Shown here: in pieces, positions 39,701 through 53,600 of the stretch
How positions within the stretch are numbered: the stretch's first letter is position 1
Layout of the letters: every line of letters begins with the position of its first letter
Translations under genes and position numbers: made by a program
Assembly (NCBI GenBank): GCA_964187785.1
Contig: OZ076409.1
Coordinates: forward strand, 75,022,001 to 75,086,000
Source of the DNA: Amphiscolops sp. MND2022
Lineage: Eukaryota
Length of the DNA stretch: 64,000 nt
Direction: 5' to 3'
The notes under the pieces: generated by a model
What the model was told of the DNA's origin: nothing
Databases searched by the model: none
Seen by the model: the letters and a program-made list of their open reading frames with translations, nothing else

Positions 39701-42700
39701 TGTGACTCAGAACGTGTTTAATTCTAATTTAGCAATGCATCAACACTTTTTTGTGTCTTTTGACTCTGTTTTAAAAAATTTTTCCGACTAAAATCAAAAA
39801 TTATTTATAATTATTCACATTTTTTTTCTGATCTCATGACTCGAAACAGTTGAGTACATTCCATCTCCCTTCACGGGGGAGATGAGAATGTACTCTTTAG
39901 AGACCAGGTACTACAGTACTTACCTTCCCCGAGCAACGCCCCATAAAAATTGCGTTTTGATCCAGATATTTTGACATAATTTTATCTTTGTAATTTGACT
40001 GGAAATGAAGAAAATGCCGCACGTGCTCTTTTATATCAAGTATCTTAACAACGCCATCTCTTTTACGTCAACGCCCCATAGTTCATATCAACGCCCACCG
40101 TCCGTGGGCATGCCGAGGCATGCCCTTCGACGACGTGCACCAAAATATGCTCCCAAGCGCGGTAGCCGCTAGGTGCCGGGATTTTCTATTCGATAAAGTA
40201 AGTTGCGCGGTTGGGTAGGGCCCCGTGAGCGCGCCCGTGTCTGTGTTTTTTGAACCTGAATTTGCGGGTGCCAAAATAGACGATCTCCTAAACTATCCAT
40301 ACGATTTGGCTCAAATTTGGCATACGGGTTCCTGAGACAGATATAAGAACTAATTCCTACTGGCGTTTTGCCCGGAAAATTTTTTTTGTTGCGCAAACTT
40401 GAAATTTTTGACAAAAAATGCGATTTTTTTTGAAAAATTTTTTTTGAGAGGCCATATCTTTTTTCAGGGTGCCCGGAGCGGGACGCGTTAAACTGATTAT
40501 AAACTCTACGGTTCATGGGCTTTGCAGAGAACCTAGGCTCGTTTCGCTCGGACAAATAGTCTTGAAGATATAACGGTATTTTTCGGGAATTTTTTGAAAA
40601 TTTTTCTAACGGTCCAGCTTATCTTTGCCATTTTTTCAAAAATGCACTCGCCTAAAGGCCTCCCCTGGCCGGTTTTATTCCCAGCAAAACCATTTGGCCC
40701 TAAATACGGAGTTTCAGCGTTCCAGCATTCCCGGGCGAAAAGTTGTGGGACTTAGAAAAATTTCAAAATTTTTCAAAAAAATTTTTTCCGTTTTCCGCCC
40801 TCCCCCCCCGAGGGGAAAAGACCCCCCAACCAGTAATTTGAGTGAATTCATGTGGAAAGGCCATGTTTAGAGGAGAAAAATGCCGTTTAGATCGTCTTTT
40901 TATTTTAACTTGTCGTTGACTTATGTTGTTTTGAAGGTGATGTTTGGATGTGTGAAGCATGTGAAAAGGTATATTGTGTCTTTAGCTCTTCTAAAAGCCA
41001 TTGAGATACAAGGTGTAGCACTCAGAACGTGTTTAATTCTAAATTAGCAATGCATCAACACTTTTTGTGTCTTTGGACTCTGTTAAAAAAATTTTTCCGA
41101 CTAAAATCAAAAATTATTTATAATTATTCACATTTTTTTCTGATCTCATGACTCGAAACAGTTGAGTACATTCCATCTCCCTTCCCGGGGGAGATGAGAA
41201 TGTACTCTCTAAATACCAGGTACTACAGTACTTACCTTCCCCGAGCAACGCCCCATAAAAATTGCGTTTTGATCATTCTATTTTGACATAATTCTATCTT
41301 TGTAATTTGACTGGAAATGAAGAAAATCCGCACGTGCTCTTTTATATCAAGTATCTTAACAACGCCATCTCTTTTACGTCAACGCCCCATAGTTCACATC
41401 AACGCCCACCGTCCGTGGGCATGCCGAGGCATGCCCTTCGACGACGTATACCAAGATATACATCGAGCGCGTTAGCCTAGGTGCCGGGATTTCTATTCGT
41501 TCGAGTATGTGGCGCGTGTGGGTAGGGCCCCTGGCGCGCTCTTGTGTTTCGGGTTTTCCTACTCCTAAACCGGGTTCAGATTTTCGGGATCTCGTAAACT
41601 AGCCATACGATTTGGCTGAAATTTGGCACACGTACCCCCCTCGGCACGGTGAAGATGATTCCCTACTGACGTTTTGCCCGCTAAACATTTTTTGTTGACC
41701 AAAATAACGGTTTTTGGTGGAAAATTTTTGATTTTTTTTAAATTTCATCCTATATCTCGCCACGGGTTTACGCTAGCGCTTCAAAATCTTGCTGACGAAA
41801 GTTTGCAAACTGTCTCAGGAATGCGGTGTGAAATTTTCAGCTCAATCGGACATAAACTCGGGGAGATATCGCGTTTTTCCGGAGCGGGGGGGTTTCATTT
41901 TTCTAACGGTCCAGCTTATCTTTGCCATTTTTTCGAAAATGCACTCGCCTAAAGGCCTCCCCTGGCCGGTTTTACTCCCAAAAAACCATTTGGCCCTAAA
42001 TACGGAGTTTCAGCGTTCTAGCATTCTCGGGCGAAAAGTTGTGGGACTTAGAAAATTTCAAAAATTTTCAAAAAAAAATTTTTTTGTTATTTGGGCCCCC
42101 AAAGTGGGGGAAAGGACCCCCCAACCATTAATTTGAGTGAATGCATGTGCAAAGCCCTTGTATAGAGGAGAAAAATGCCGTTTAGAACGTCTTTTTATCT
42201 TTACTCAACGTTGACTTATGACGTTTTGAAGGTGACCGTTAGATATGGAAAATTGATGTTTTGAGTATTTATCTCATCTGAAAGCCATTGAGATACAACA
42301 TGTTTTGCTCAAAACGGGTTTCATTGCAGTTTCGCTGTCTATTAACACCCTTTGGTGACTTTTGACATATTTTTGCTTTTATATAAAACCAATTTTTTGT
42401 GCATTTTTTTCTTTTTTTTTCATCTAATATCTTGAAACAGTTGAGTACATTCCATCTCCCTTCCCGGGGGAGATGAGAATGTACTCGCTAAAAGCCAAGA
42501 ACTACGGCCAATACCTTCCCGAGCTACGCACTACAAATATTGCATATGCATGCAGACCTTTTGATACATTTTTATCTTTGTAGATTGACTGGAAAAACCG
42601 AAAACTCTGTCCTGATTATACAAAGTTTCCTCACAACGACACATGTTTACGTCAACGCCCCATAGTTCTTATCAACGCCCCCCGTCCGTGGGCATGCCGT

Positions 42701-45700
42701 GGCATGCCCTTCGACGACGTGCACCAAAATATATTCGAGCGCAGTAGCAGCTAGGTGCCGGGATTTCTATTCGATAAAGTAAGTTGCGCGGTTGGGTAGG
42801 GCCCCGTGAGCGCGCCCGTGTCTGTGTTTTTTGAACCTGAATTTGCGGGTGCCAAAATAGACGATCTCCTAAACTATCCATACGATTTTGCTCAAATTTG
42901 GCATACGGGTTCCTGAGACAGATATAAGAACTAATTCCTTCTGGCGTTTTGCCCGGAAAATTTTTTTTGTTGCGCAAACTTGAAATTTTTGACAAAAAAA
43001 TGCGATTTTTTTTGAAAAATTTTTTTTGAGAGGCCATATCTTTTTTCAGGGAGCCCGGAGCGGGACGCGTTAAACTGATTATAAACTCTACGGTTCACGG
43101 GCTGTACGGGGAACCTATTTTTGTTGGAATCCGACTTGTAGATTTTGAGATATATTATCAAATTTGGGTGTTTTTTTTCCAATTTTTCGAAAAACCTGGT
43201 TTATCTCTGCCGTTTTTTGCCCAGATTTTTTTCTAGACCCTCTCCTAAAGGCCTCCCCTGGCCGGATTACGTCCCAGCAAAACCATTTGGCCCTAAATAC
43301 GAAGTTTCAGCGTTCTAGCATTCTCGGGCGAAAAGTTGTGGGACTTAGAAAATTTTTTTTCAAAACGCAAAATGTGTAAAGTCAACTTCAGGCCTCCCAA
43401 AGTCAAGGAACTTCCACACAACTAGGATTGCAAGTGAATGCATGTGGAAAGTGCTTGAATAGACGAGGAAAATGAGCTATTATAAAACTCTGTAGCTTAA
43501 CTTGACGTTGACTTATGACAATTTTAGTGTGAGCTTGCTATGTGAGAAAAAATTTCAAAAATTGAAAATGGAAGCTAAGTCTGATCCAAAACTCATCGGA
43601 ATACGTTCAATCCATTCCAAAGCGGTTTACTTCCAGCTATAGACTGCAGCAACACTATTCAAGACCATTTTACCCCTTTATATTAGTTTTGACATTGTAT
43701 TATTCATCCGAGAGCACAAAGCAGTTGAGTACATTCCATCTCCCTTTCGGGGGAGATGAGAATGTACTCGCTAAAGAACAGGTACTACAGCCAATTTTTG
43801 TATTTATGCGAAGCCATTCTATGCTATTGCACATAACAACTATGCTATTGACTTAGTTTTGCCTACACTTTGCTATGACATATGCTAAACGTTTGGTCCT
43901 TACAACAACATACACATGACAAACGTCAACGCCACATACTGTTACCAACGCCCACCGTCCGTGGGCATGCCGAGGCATGCCCTTCGACGACGTATGCCAA
44001 ATACCTTCCAGCGACGCTCGCGCTCCCCGGCTAGGTGCCGGGATTTCTATTCGATAAAGTATGTGGCGCGTGTGGGTAGGGTCCCTGGCGCGCTCTTGGG
44101 TATGGTGTTCACCAGCTAGGAAATAGGGGTCGATTTTTCGGGATCTCCTAAACTAGCCACACGATTTGGCTGAAATTTGGCACACGTACTCCCCTCGGCA
44201 TGGTGAAGATGATTCCCTACTAGCGTTTTGCTCGCAAAATTTTTTTTGTTGTCCAAAATAACGGTTTTTGGGGGAAAATTTTGAACTTTTTTTAAATTTC
44301 ATCTTATATCTCGCCACGGGTTCACGCTAGCGCTTCGAAACCCTGCTAAAGAAAGCTTGCAAACTGTCTCAGGAATGCGGTGTGAAATTTTCAGCTCAAT
44401 CGGACTTAAACTCAGGGAGATATAGCGTTTTTCCGGAGCGGGGGGGTTTCATTTTTCTAACGGTCCAGCTTATCTTTGCCATTTTTTCGAAAATGCACTC
44501 GCCTAAAGGCCTCCCCTGGCCGGTTTTATCCCCAGCAAAACCATTTGGCCCTAAATACGGAGTTTCAGCGTTCCAGCATTTCCGGGCGAAAAGTTGTGGG
44601 ACTTAGAAAATTTCAAAAATTTTCAAAAAATTTTTTTCCGTTATTTGGGCCCCCAAAGTGGGGGAAAAGACCCCCCAACCAGTAAAGCAAGTGAATGCAT
44701 GTGCAAAGCCCTTGTTTGGAGGAGAAAAATGCCGTTTAGAACGTCTTTTTATCTTGGCTCAACGTTGACTTATGACGTTTTGAAGGTGATGTTTGGATGT
44801 GTAAAGCACGTGAATAGTAAACGTTATGAGTATTTATCTGATCTGAAAGCCATTGAGATGCAATATGGTTTGCTCAAAACGTAATTCATGGCAGTTTGGC
44901 AATCAATCAACACCCTTTGTTGTCGTTTGACATACTTTTTTGTTGTTATAATAAAAAATTTTGTGTATTTATTCATTTTTTTCTCATCAAATAACTTGAT
45001 ACAGTTGAGTACATTCCATCCCCCCTTCCGGGGGAGATGAGAATGTACTCGCAAAAAGCACCGAACTACGGCCCTTACCTTCCCGAGCTACGCAGTATAA
45101 GGATTACATATTGGTTCCGACATTTTCATAGAGTTAAATCTTGGTAATCTGTCTGGATATGCAGAAAAATCAGCACGTGCCTTTTAATACCAAGTTGCTT
45201 ACAACGACAATTAATTTATATCAACGCCCCCATATTTATCAATGCCCCCCGTCCGTGGGCATGCCGAGGCATGCCCTTCGACGACCCGCACCAAAATATA
45301 CGTCGAGCGCGGTAGCAGCTAGGTGGCCGGAAATTTTTTTTTTCATCAAAATCTTTGCCATTGGGGGAGGGGCCCCGGATGGCCAGTAGTACGGCATAGC
45401 TCCCTACGGAATCCAGGCAGAAAAAACGTGATTTTGGAAACTAGCCGTCAGAATTTGCTCAAATTTTGCATACGGCTTCCTATAACAATCCTAAGAACTA
45501 ATCCCTACTGGCATTTTGCCCAAAAAACGCAAAAAGTTGGTCAAAATCTTAGTTTTTTGGTCAAAAAATGGCGTTTTTTCGAAAAAAAATTTTTTCAGAG
45601 ACAATTACTCGTAACTGGTTCACCCAGCGCAAAAACGCCTAGCTGATTTATTGTTGGGCACTTCATGAGGAGTGCGTATACAAATTTTCGTCCAGATCGG

Positions 45701-46604
45701 AAAAAAATTGACTAAGTATTAGCCGGAATTCGGACGCATTTTTTCGCAAATTTTTGAAAACCTAGTCTATCTCTGCCGTTTTTTGCCCAGATTTTTTTCC
45801 AGGTCCTCTCCTAAAGGCCTCCCCTGGCCGGTTTACTTCCCAGAAAAACCATTTGGCCCTAAATACGGAGTTTCAGCGTTCTAGCATTCCCGGGCGAAAA
45901 GATGTGGGACTTAGAAAAAATTCAAAATTTTTCAAAAAATTTTCTTTTCGTTTTCCGGCCCCCCAATGAAGGGGAACGACCCCCCAACGAGGATTTTTGG
46001 TGAATTCACGTGGAAAGGCCTTGTTTTGTGGAGCAAATTGCCGTTTAGAGCGACTTTTTATCTTAACTTGACGTTGACCTCTGTCGTTTTGAATTTGATA
46101 TTAGTATGTGTTGAGCATGTGAAAAGTTGATGATTTCAGTTGTTCTCTCGTGTTCAAGCCATTGAGATACAAGCGGTAGTGATCAAAATGTGATTTATCG
46201 CAATTTGGTGGTGCTTTTGGTGTATTTTGATTCTTTTAAATGAAAAGTTGTTCTTTATATATTTGGTGTATTGATTCAAATGAACAAGAAACAGTTGAGT
46301 ACATTTCATCTCCCCCTTGTGGGGGAGATGAGGATGTACCCGCTAAATGACACGCACAATGGCCCAATTTTATTTTTATGCGACGTTCTCTAGGCTTTTG
46401 CGCAAGCCCACTAAAATTTAGACTGGTTTCCTTTTCTTTTACTCCAAAATTTTCCGTACTAACCACCTTACGCACCACCAGCTCAACGTAACATCTGTAA
46501 CGTCAACGCCACACACTCTCACTAACGCCCACCGTCTGTGGGCATGCCGAGGCATGCCCTTCGACGACGTATGCCAAATAGCGCCACAGGGCGCCCAATT
46601 TTGT

Positions 46605-48795
46605 CTAGGTGGAGGTTATTTTATAATAATTAAAGTGTTTTTTTCCGGAGTTTGTGGCTTTGGAAAAAACAAAAGGCGAGAAATTGGGCACTCCGGGCTG
46701 AACCGTATACACTCAAAATTCGCCCAATATTTATACGATCTCGAAACCCAGCCGTACGATTTGGCTGAAAATTTGCATGCGGCTAAAGAATCAGATTCTA
46801 AGAATTATTTCCTGCTGACAATTTTTTGAAATTTTTGTGTACGTTTCCCCCCCGCCCCCTAAAGGGGTCAATTTTCCCCAATTTTGCACTTATGAGTCAA
46901 ATTCTCAAAACTGGTGGATCTGAGCGCATTCCCGACGGGGACAACTTTTAACAATCGCTCTTCAGTAGACCATTTTGAATTTTTACTTTGGTGGTACGTT
47001 CACCCCCCAAGGAGGAAATGGCGTTTTTGTGACTTCCGGTCGAGACTTTTTTCACCCAAAAAATAGAAATAAGCCAGTTTTGAGCAGGAAGGAGTGGATT
47101 TAAAGTGTCTGTACCCTGCTAAAAATTTGTTGGACTTGTAGCGATATATCTCATACCAAGTCTGGTTTTCACCCCCAAACCCCCCTCGAGACCAAAATTC
47201 ACCCAAACGTTTTACCTCTATTTGTGGTTTTTTCACAAAATGTCGTCATTTCCATCGGCAAAGATTTGAATTAGGGGCTCCTAATAGGGTACCAAAGTTC
47301 AAGTACACTTGGAGTGCAACTAAGTGACCCTTTTTGGGCCTCTCGTGTGTTCGGCAATGACCGGAAGTGGTATTAACCCCCCTTTTTTGACGTTTGTTGA
47401 CCTTGAGACTCGTGCTTAGATGACGTTTATGTCGCGCAAATCCTACAAACCAGTATTAGGATGACATGCTAGCCAACTAGAGAGCAATAAGGGAAACTAT
47501 ACTATACCGGAAGTAACCCCCTCTTGACCGGAAGTTGTCATTTTTGACCGGAAATGGTCCAAAACCTAGCGTGAAAGCAGTTTTTCATTGCTTTTAAAGT
47601 CAACTTATTACTTTTTTCACTCTGCGCGAGCTTGCCTTCAGGTTCGTTAGTGTTGCCCGTGCACACTGCAACAAATATACATCTGTAACATTTTCGCTAT
47701 AATATCGTCGGAGAGAGAAATAACGGGTTTTTGGTATTTTTTTCAAAAATATTAGTCTTTATCTGTCATTTTTACCCAACGTCGTTATTGAACAGTAGAA
47801 CCATAGGGGTTAGTCTTTGCCCAAATATATGCCTAACACAAGCACTTGTCCCATTGGTTGCAGTTTGAGCGTTCTAGCTTTGCCTGGTCACAAGTTAGGG
47901 GACTTGAAAAACTTTCAAAATCATTTCCGAAATTTTTTTCTATACGTCACGTCTCCCAAAGTTAAGAAACTTCCTCACAACTAGGACTGCAAGTGAAAGC
48001 ATGTGGTAAGACCTATAAATGGAGAGAAAAACTCCGTTTAGAACGTCTCTTTATCGTAACGTGACGTTAAGAGATGTTGCTTTGAATGTGAGTTTGATAA
48101 TGCGTCGAGAAGTAAAAGTGTGTAAATGGAACCTTTGTCTCGATAAATACTCATCGCAATACTTGCGATGAACCCCAATTACCCTCAGTTTCAGTTGCTT
48201 AGTACATCAACGTCCTCCAAGGACCTTTATCTATTTTGAAAAGTGTCGAAATCATTATTAAAATCAGTTATCAAGAAACACTTGAGTACATTCTCATCTC
48301 TCCCCATCGGGTGAGATGAGAATGTTCTTGCTAAAAGCCAGGTACTACGGCCCCCTTTTGTTTTGATGCGATGCATTCTCTGCTTTAGCACATAGATATT
48401 TTATTTCGCCTCATTGTTTGTATACTCTCTGACTTGTTGTTATAAATCTCTCGTCATTACTTTACATAAATATACAACCGAAAATCATCATCGTCACGCC
48501 ACATACATTTAGACGCCCATCATTCCGTAGGTATGTCGAGGCATACCTTTCGATTACGAATGTCAAAACGCAAACGCGATAAAAAGTGATGAATGTCTGA
48601 AACAGTGACAAACACTTTTGACTATTTGACATATGGTAGGTTTTAATATGGGAGTTACACATCACTGACATTTCACATCATTCCAGCTGACGCCCACATA
48701 CCAACAACAACGCCCACCGTCCGTGGGCATGCCGAGGCATGCCCTTCGACGACGTATGCCAATTTCTGTAAATCTACACCCAATTGCGGTAGCAG
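46605..48795 (+). repeat. Long monomer class Y (2191 bp), copy 2
   Basis: Collinear with 26363-28555 with scattered substitutions. H2 at 48284, decayed H1 at 48529, intact H1 at 48725. Confidence 0.92.
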
Positions 48796-50183
48796 CTAGG
48801 TGGTTGGGGCGGTCCCCAGAACGCACAAGGAGGCGCGGGGAGGGTCCTGCGCCGACGTAGAATAATTTCATATAATACTAGTATCCTACATGGGTGTTTT
48901 AGAAGCGATTTTGGAATCTAACCGTAGGATTTGGATAATTTTTTGCATGCGGCCATAACTCAAAATTCTAAGAACTTTTTCCTACTGTCATTTTCCCCGC
49001 AAAATGTTTTTTGTTGACTTATGGCCGAAAAACCGGAAATAACGTCCTTTTTAGACGTTATATCCGAAGTGTCGTCATAACTTTTTTCCAGGGCATGCTA
49101 GCGTTCTCGTTCACTTTTACACTTAGTTGCAGCATCTCAAAATACAACTGGTGGAAAATTTTGATTGCATTCGGATCACCCCCCACCGAGATAGAAGTGT
49201 TCCCCCCTCCAGTTTTACCCCCCAAATTTGCGAAAAAGCCAATTTTGAGCATGAAGCCGAGGATTTAGCGTACCTGAACCCTCCTGATGTTTTGCTGTAC
49301 GTATTGGGGTCAACCGGACGACATGTGTGGTTTTCACCCCCAACCACCCCTGGGACCGGAAATGACATTTTTTTGTGTTTTTTGGCAGAAATTAGCCTTT
49401 TTCATTATTTGGCAGTCGTTTTAGGGACTCCTAGCAGGATATCGAAATTGAAATACAACCTGATCACAACCCAGTGACAACATGTTGGCCATTTGGAGGT
49501 ACCATCATGACCGGAAGTGGGGTCAACCCCCCTTTTTGTGACCGCTTTTTGACCTTGTGAACCAAAATGCCAACAACTTGGGGCCTAATGACGCATTCAA
49601 ATCTGTACAAAGATAGAATGTTAGAAAACCAAAGTCCCGGAAGATCTTTAGCATATACCGGAAGTAACCCCCATGACCGGAAGTTACCCAATGTGACCGG
49701 AAATGGTCCAAAAAGTAATGTAAAGTTAAATTTTTCACTATTTCAAGACCACTTCATTGAACATTTTCAATCGCAAAACTAGCGTACTAGCTTGTTTTGC
49801 TGAATTTATGGAAATTGATGAGCTCTATAACCCCCGATAGCCTTCGAAGTTGACCTTGCGTCAACTTTGGAGGCTATCGATTCTGAAAAAGAACAACAGA
49901 GTACATTGTTGCTCTCGTTTTTTTCCCGTTGTTTTTCCTCAAACATTTTTGAGACTTATACATGGCAGTTAGTTAAAATCAATATTTTAGCCCATGTTAT
50001 AAAGGGAGTAGCGAAGTGTTACACAGGCTAGTGTGGTTATGAACTTACATTATTTTAAAATAAAAAAAACCGTCTTAGTCAACGCCACACATTCATAGCA
50101 ACGCCCACCGTCTGTGGGCATGCCGAGGCATGCCCTTCGACGACGTATGACGAATCCACTCCCACGACACCCGCAGTCCTCAG
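48796..50183 (+). repeat. Variant monomer class X (1388 bp), copy 4, slightly more diverged
   Basis: Same sequence organisation as 23702-25090. Confidence 0.93.
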
Positions 50184-50673
50184 CTAGGTGGCCGGAAATT
50201 TTTTTTTCATCAAAATCTTTGCCATTGGGGGAGGGGCCCCGGATGGCCAGTAGTACGGGATAGCTTCCTACCAAATCCAGATGGAAAAAACGTGATTTCG
50301 GAAACTAGCCGTCAGAATTTGCTCAAAATTTGCATACGGCTTCCTATGACAATCCTAAGAACTAATCCCTACTGGCATTTTGCCCAAAAAACGCAAAAAG
50401 TTGGTCAAAATCTTAGTTTTTTGGTCAAAAAATGGCGTTTTTTCGAAAAAAAATTTTTTCAGAGACAATTACTCGTAACTGGTTCACCCAGCGCAAAAAC
50501 GCCTAGCTGATTTATTGTTGGGCACTTCATGAGGAGTGCGTATACAAATTTTCGTCCAGATCGGAAAAAAATTGACAAAGTATTAGCCGGAATTCGGACG
50601 CATTTTTTCGCAAATTTTTGAAAACCTAGTCTATCTCTGCCGTTTTTTGCCCAGATTTTTTTCCAGGTCCTCT

Positions 50674-53600
50674 CCTAAAGGCCTCCCCTGGCCGGTTTAC
50701 TTCCCAGAAAAACCATTTGGCCCTAAATACGGAGTTTCAGCGTTCTAGCATTCCCGGGCGAAAAGATGTGGGACTTAGAAAAAATTCAAAATTTTTCAAA
50801 ATTTTTTTTTTCGTTTTCCGGCCCCCCAATGAAGGGGAACGACCCCCCAACGAGGATTTTTGGTGAATTCACGTGGAAAGGCCTTGTTTTGTGGAGCAAA
50901 TTGCCGTTTAGAGCGACTTTTTATCTTAACTTGACGTTGACCTCTGTCGTTTTGAATTTGATATTAGTATGTGTTGAGCATGTGAAAAGTTGATGATTTC
51001 AGTTGTTCTCTCGTGTTCAAGCCATTGAGATACAAGCGGTAGTGATCAAAATGTGATTTATCGCAATTTGGTGGTGCTTTTGGTGTATTTTGATTCTTTT
51101 AAATAAAAAGTTGTTCTTTATATATTTGGTGTATTGATTCAAATGAACAAGAAACAGTTGAGTACATTTCATCTCCCCCCTTGTGGGGGAGATGAGGATG
51201 TACCCGCTAAATGACACGCACAATGGCCCAACTTTATTTTTATGCGACGTTTTCTAGGTTTTTGCGCAAGCCCACTAAAATTTAGACTGGTTTCCTTTTC
51301 TTTTACTCCAAAATTTTCCGTACTAACCACCTTACCCACCACCAGCTCAACGTAACATCTGTAACGTCAACGCCACACACTCTCACTAACGCCCACCGTC
51401 CGTGGGCATGCCGAGGCATGCCCTTCGACGACTTATGCCAAATAGCGCCACAGGGCGCAAACTTGTCCGCTAGGTGCCGGGATTTCCATTCGATAAGGAA
51501 TTCTGCGCGTGTGGGTAGGGCCCCTGGCGCGCTCCTGTGTTTTCGGTTTTCCTACTCCAAATTCACACCCCAGTTATCTCCGATCTCGTAAACTATCCAT
51601 ACGATTTGGCTGAAATTTGGCACACAGCTCCGTTGGAACATTGTAAGAACAAATCCCTACTGACGTTTTGCCCGCTAAACATTTTTTGTTGGTCAAAAAT
51701 GCGATTTTCCGACAAAATTTTCGACTTTTTTTCTTTTTCAACTCATATCTCGCCACAGGGTCACGCTAGCGCTTCGCAGCTTATGATCCTTTTTTGAAGG
51801 GCGTTGTCTGTAGAACACGTATGCCAAATTTGGTGGCAATCGGACTTAAACTCAGCGAGATAGAGCCATTTTTTAGGTGCATTTTTTGACATTTTTTGCA
51901 TTTGCCGATTTATCTCTGCCATTTTTTGCCCAAATTTTTTTTGAGACACTCTCCTAAAGACCTCCCCTGGCCGGTTTACCTCCCAACAAAACCATTTGGC
52001 CCTAAATACGAAGTTTCAGCGTTCTAGCATTCCCGGGCGAAAAGTTGTGGGACTTAGAATAAATTTTTGGAAACGCAAAATGTGTAAAGTCAACTTCAGG
52101 CCTCCCAAAGTCAAGGAACTTCCACACAACTAGGATTGCAAGTGGATGCATGTGGAAAGTACTCGGATAGACGAGGAAAATGAGCTATAGAACGTCTCTG
52201 TATCTTAATCTGACGTTGACTTATGATGTTTTGAATGTGGGCTTCCTAAGGGGTCCCAAATTGAAAATTTTTAAAGAAAATTAATATCGTCAAAAACTCA
52301 TCGGAATGCCTGCAATATACAGTAGAGCGTGTGCAATTGTAGCTGACTAATGCATCAACGCCGTTCAAGGTCTTTTCACTCAGTTTCAAAATTTTTTACA
52401 CTGTATTATCCATCCGAGAGTCGAAACAGTTGAGTACATTCCATCTCCCTCCCGGGGGAGATGAGAATGTACTCGCGAAAGTCCAGATACCACAGCCGAT
52501 ATTTGTTTCTCTGCAACGCTATCTATGCTACTGCACATAACTACTAATCTTAAGACTGAATTTTGCCTTCACTTTGACTTGACATATGCTGAAGATTTGA
52601 TCCTTACACACATCATCATTACCTGAACAAAACAACCCTAACATCAACGCCCCACACTCACATCAACGCCCACCGTCCGTGGGCATGCCGAGGCATGCCC
52701 TTCGACGACGTATGCCCTCTCAAACGCGGTAGCCGCTAGGTGCCGGTGTTTTTTTACACAATGGGGGATGTTGCGCGGTTGGGGAGGGTCCCTGACGCGC
52801 TTCCGTGGTATCGGGTCTTTCAACCGATGAAAACGACATAAAAAATTGGGATCTCGTAAACTAGCCATACGATTTGGCTGAAATTTGGCACACGTACCCC
52901 CCTCGGCACGGTGAAGATGATTCCCTACTGACGTTTTTCCCGCTAAACATTTTTTGTTGACCAAAATAACGGTTTTTGGGGTAAAATTTTCAACTTTTTT
53001 TCAATTTCATCTTATATCTCGCCACGGGTACACGCTAGCGCTTCCAAACCTTGCTGACGAAAGTTTGCAAACTGTCTCAGGAATGCGGTGTGAAATTTTC
53101 AGCTCAATCGGACTCAAACTCGAGGAGATATAGCGTTTTTCCGGAGCGGGGGGGTTTCATTTTTCTAACGGTCCAGCTTATCTTTGCCATTTTTTCGAAA
53201 ATGCACTCGCCTAAAGGCCTCCCCTGGCCGGTTTTATTCCCAGCAAAACCATTTGGCCCTAAATACGGAGTTTCAGCGTTCCAGCATTCCTGGGCGAAAA
53301 GTTGTGGGACTTAGAAAAGTTGAAAAATTTTCAAAAAAATTTTTTCCGTTATTTGGGCCCTCAAAGTGGGGGAAAAGACCCCCCAACCAGTAAAGCAAGT
53401 GAATGCATGTGGAAAGCCCTTGTTTAGACGAGAAAAATGCCGTTTAGAACGTCTTTTTATCTTAACTTGACATTGACTTTTGTCGTTTTGAAGGTGACCG
53501 TTAGATACGGAAAATTGATGTTTTGAGTATTTATCCCATCTGAAAGCCATTGAGATACAACATGTTTTGCTCAAAACGTGTTTCATTGCAATTTCGCTGT

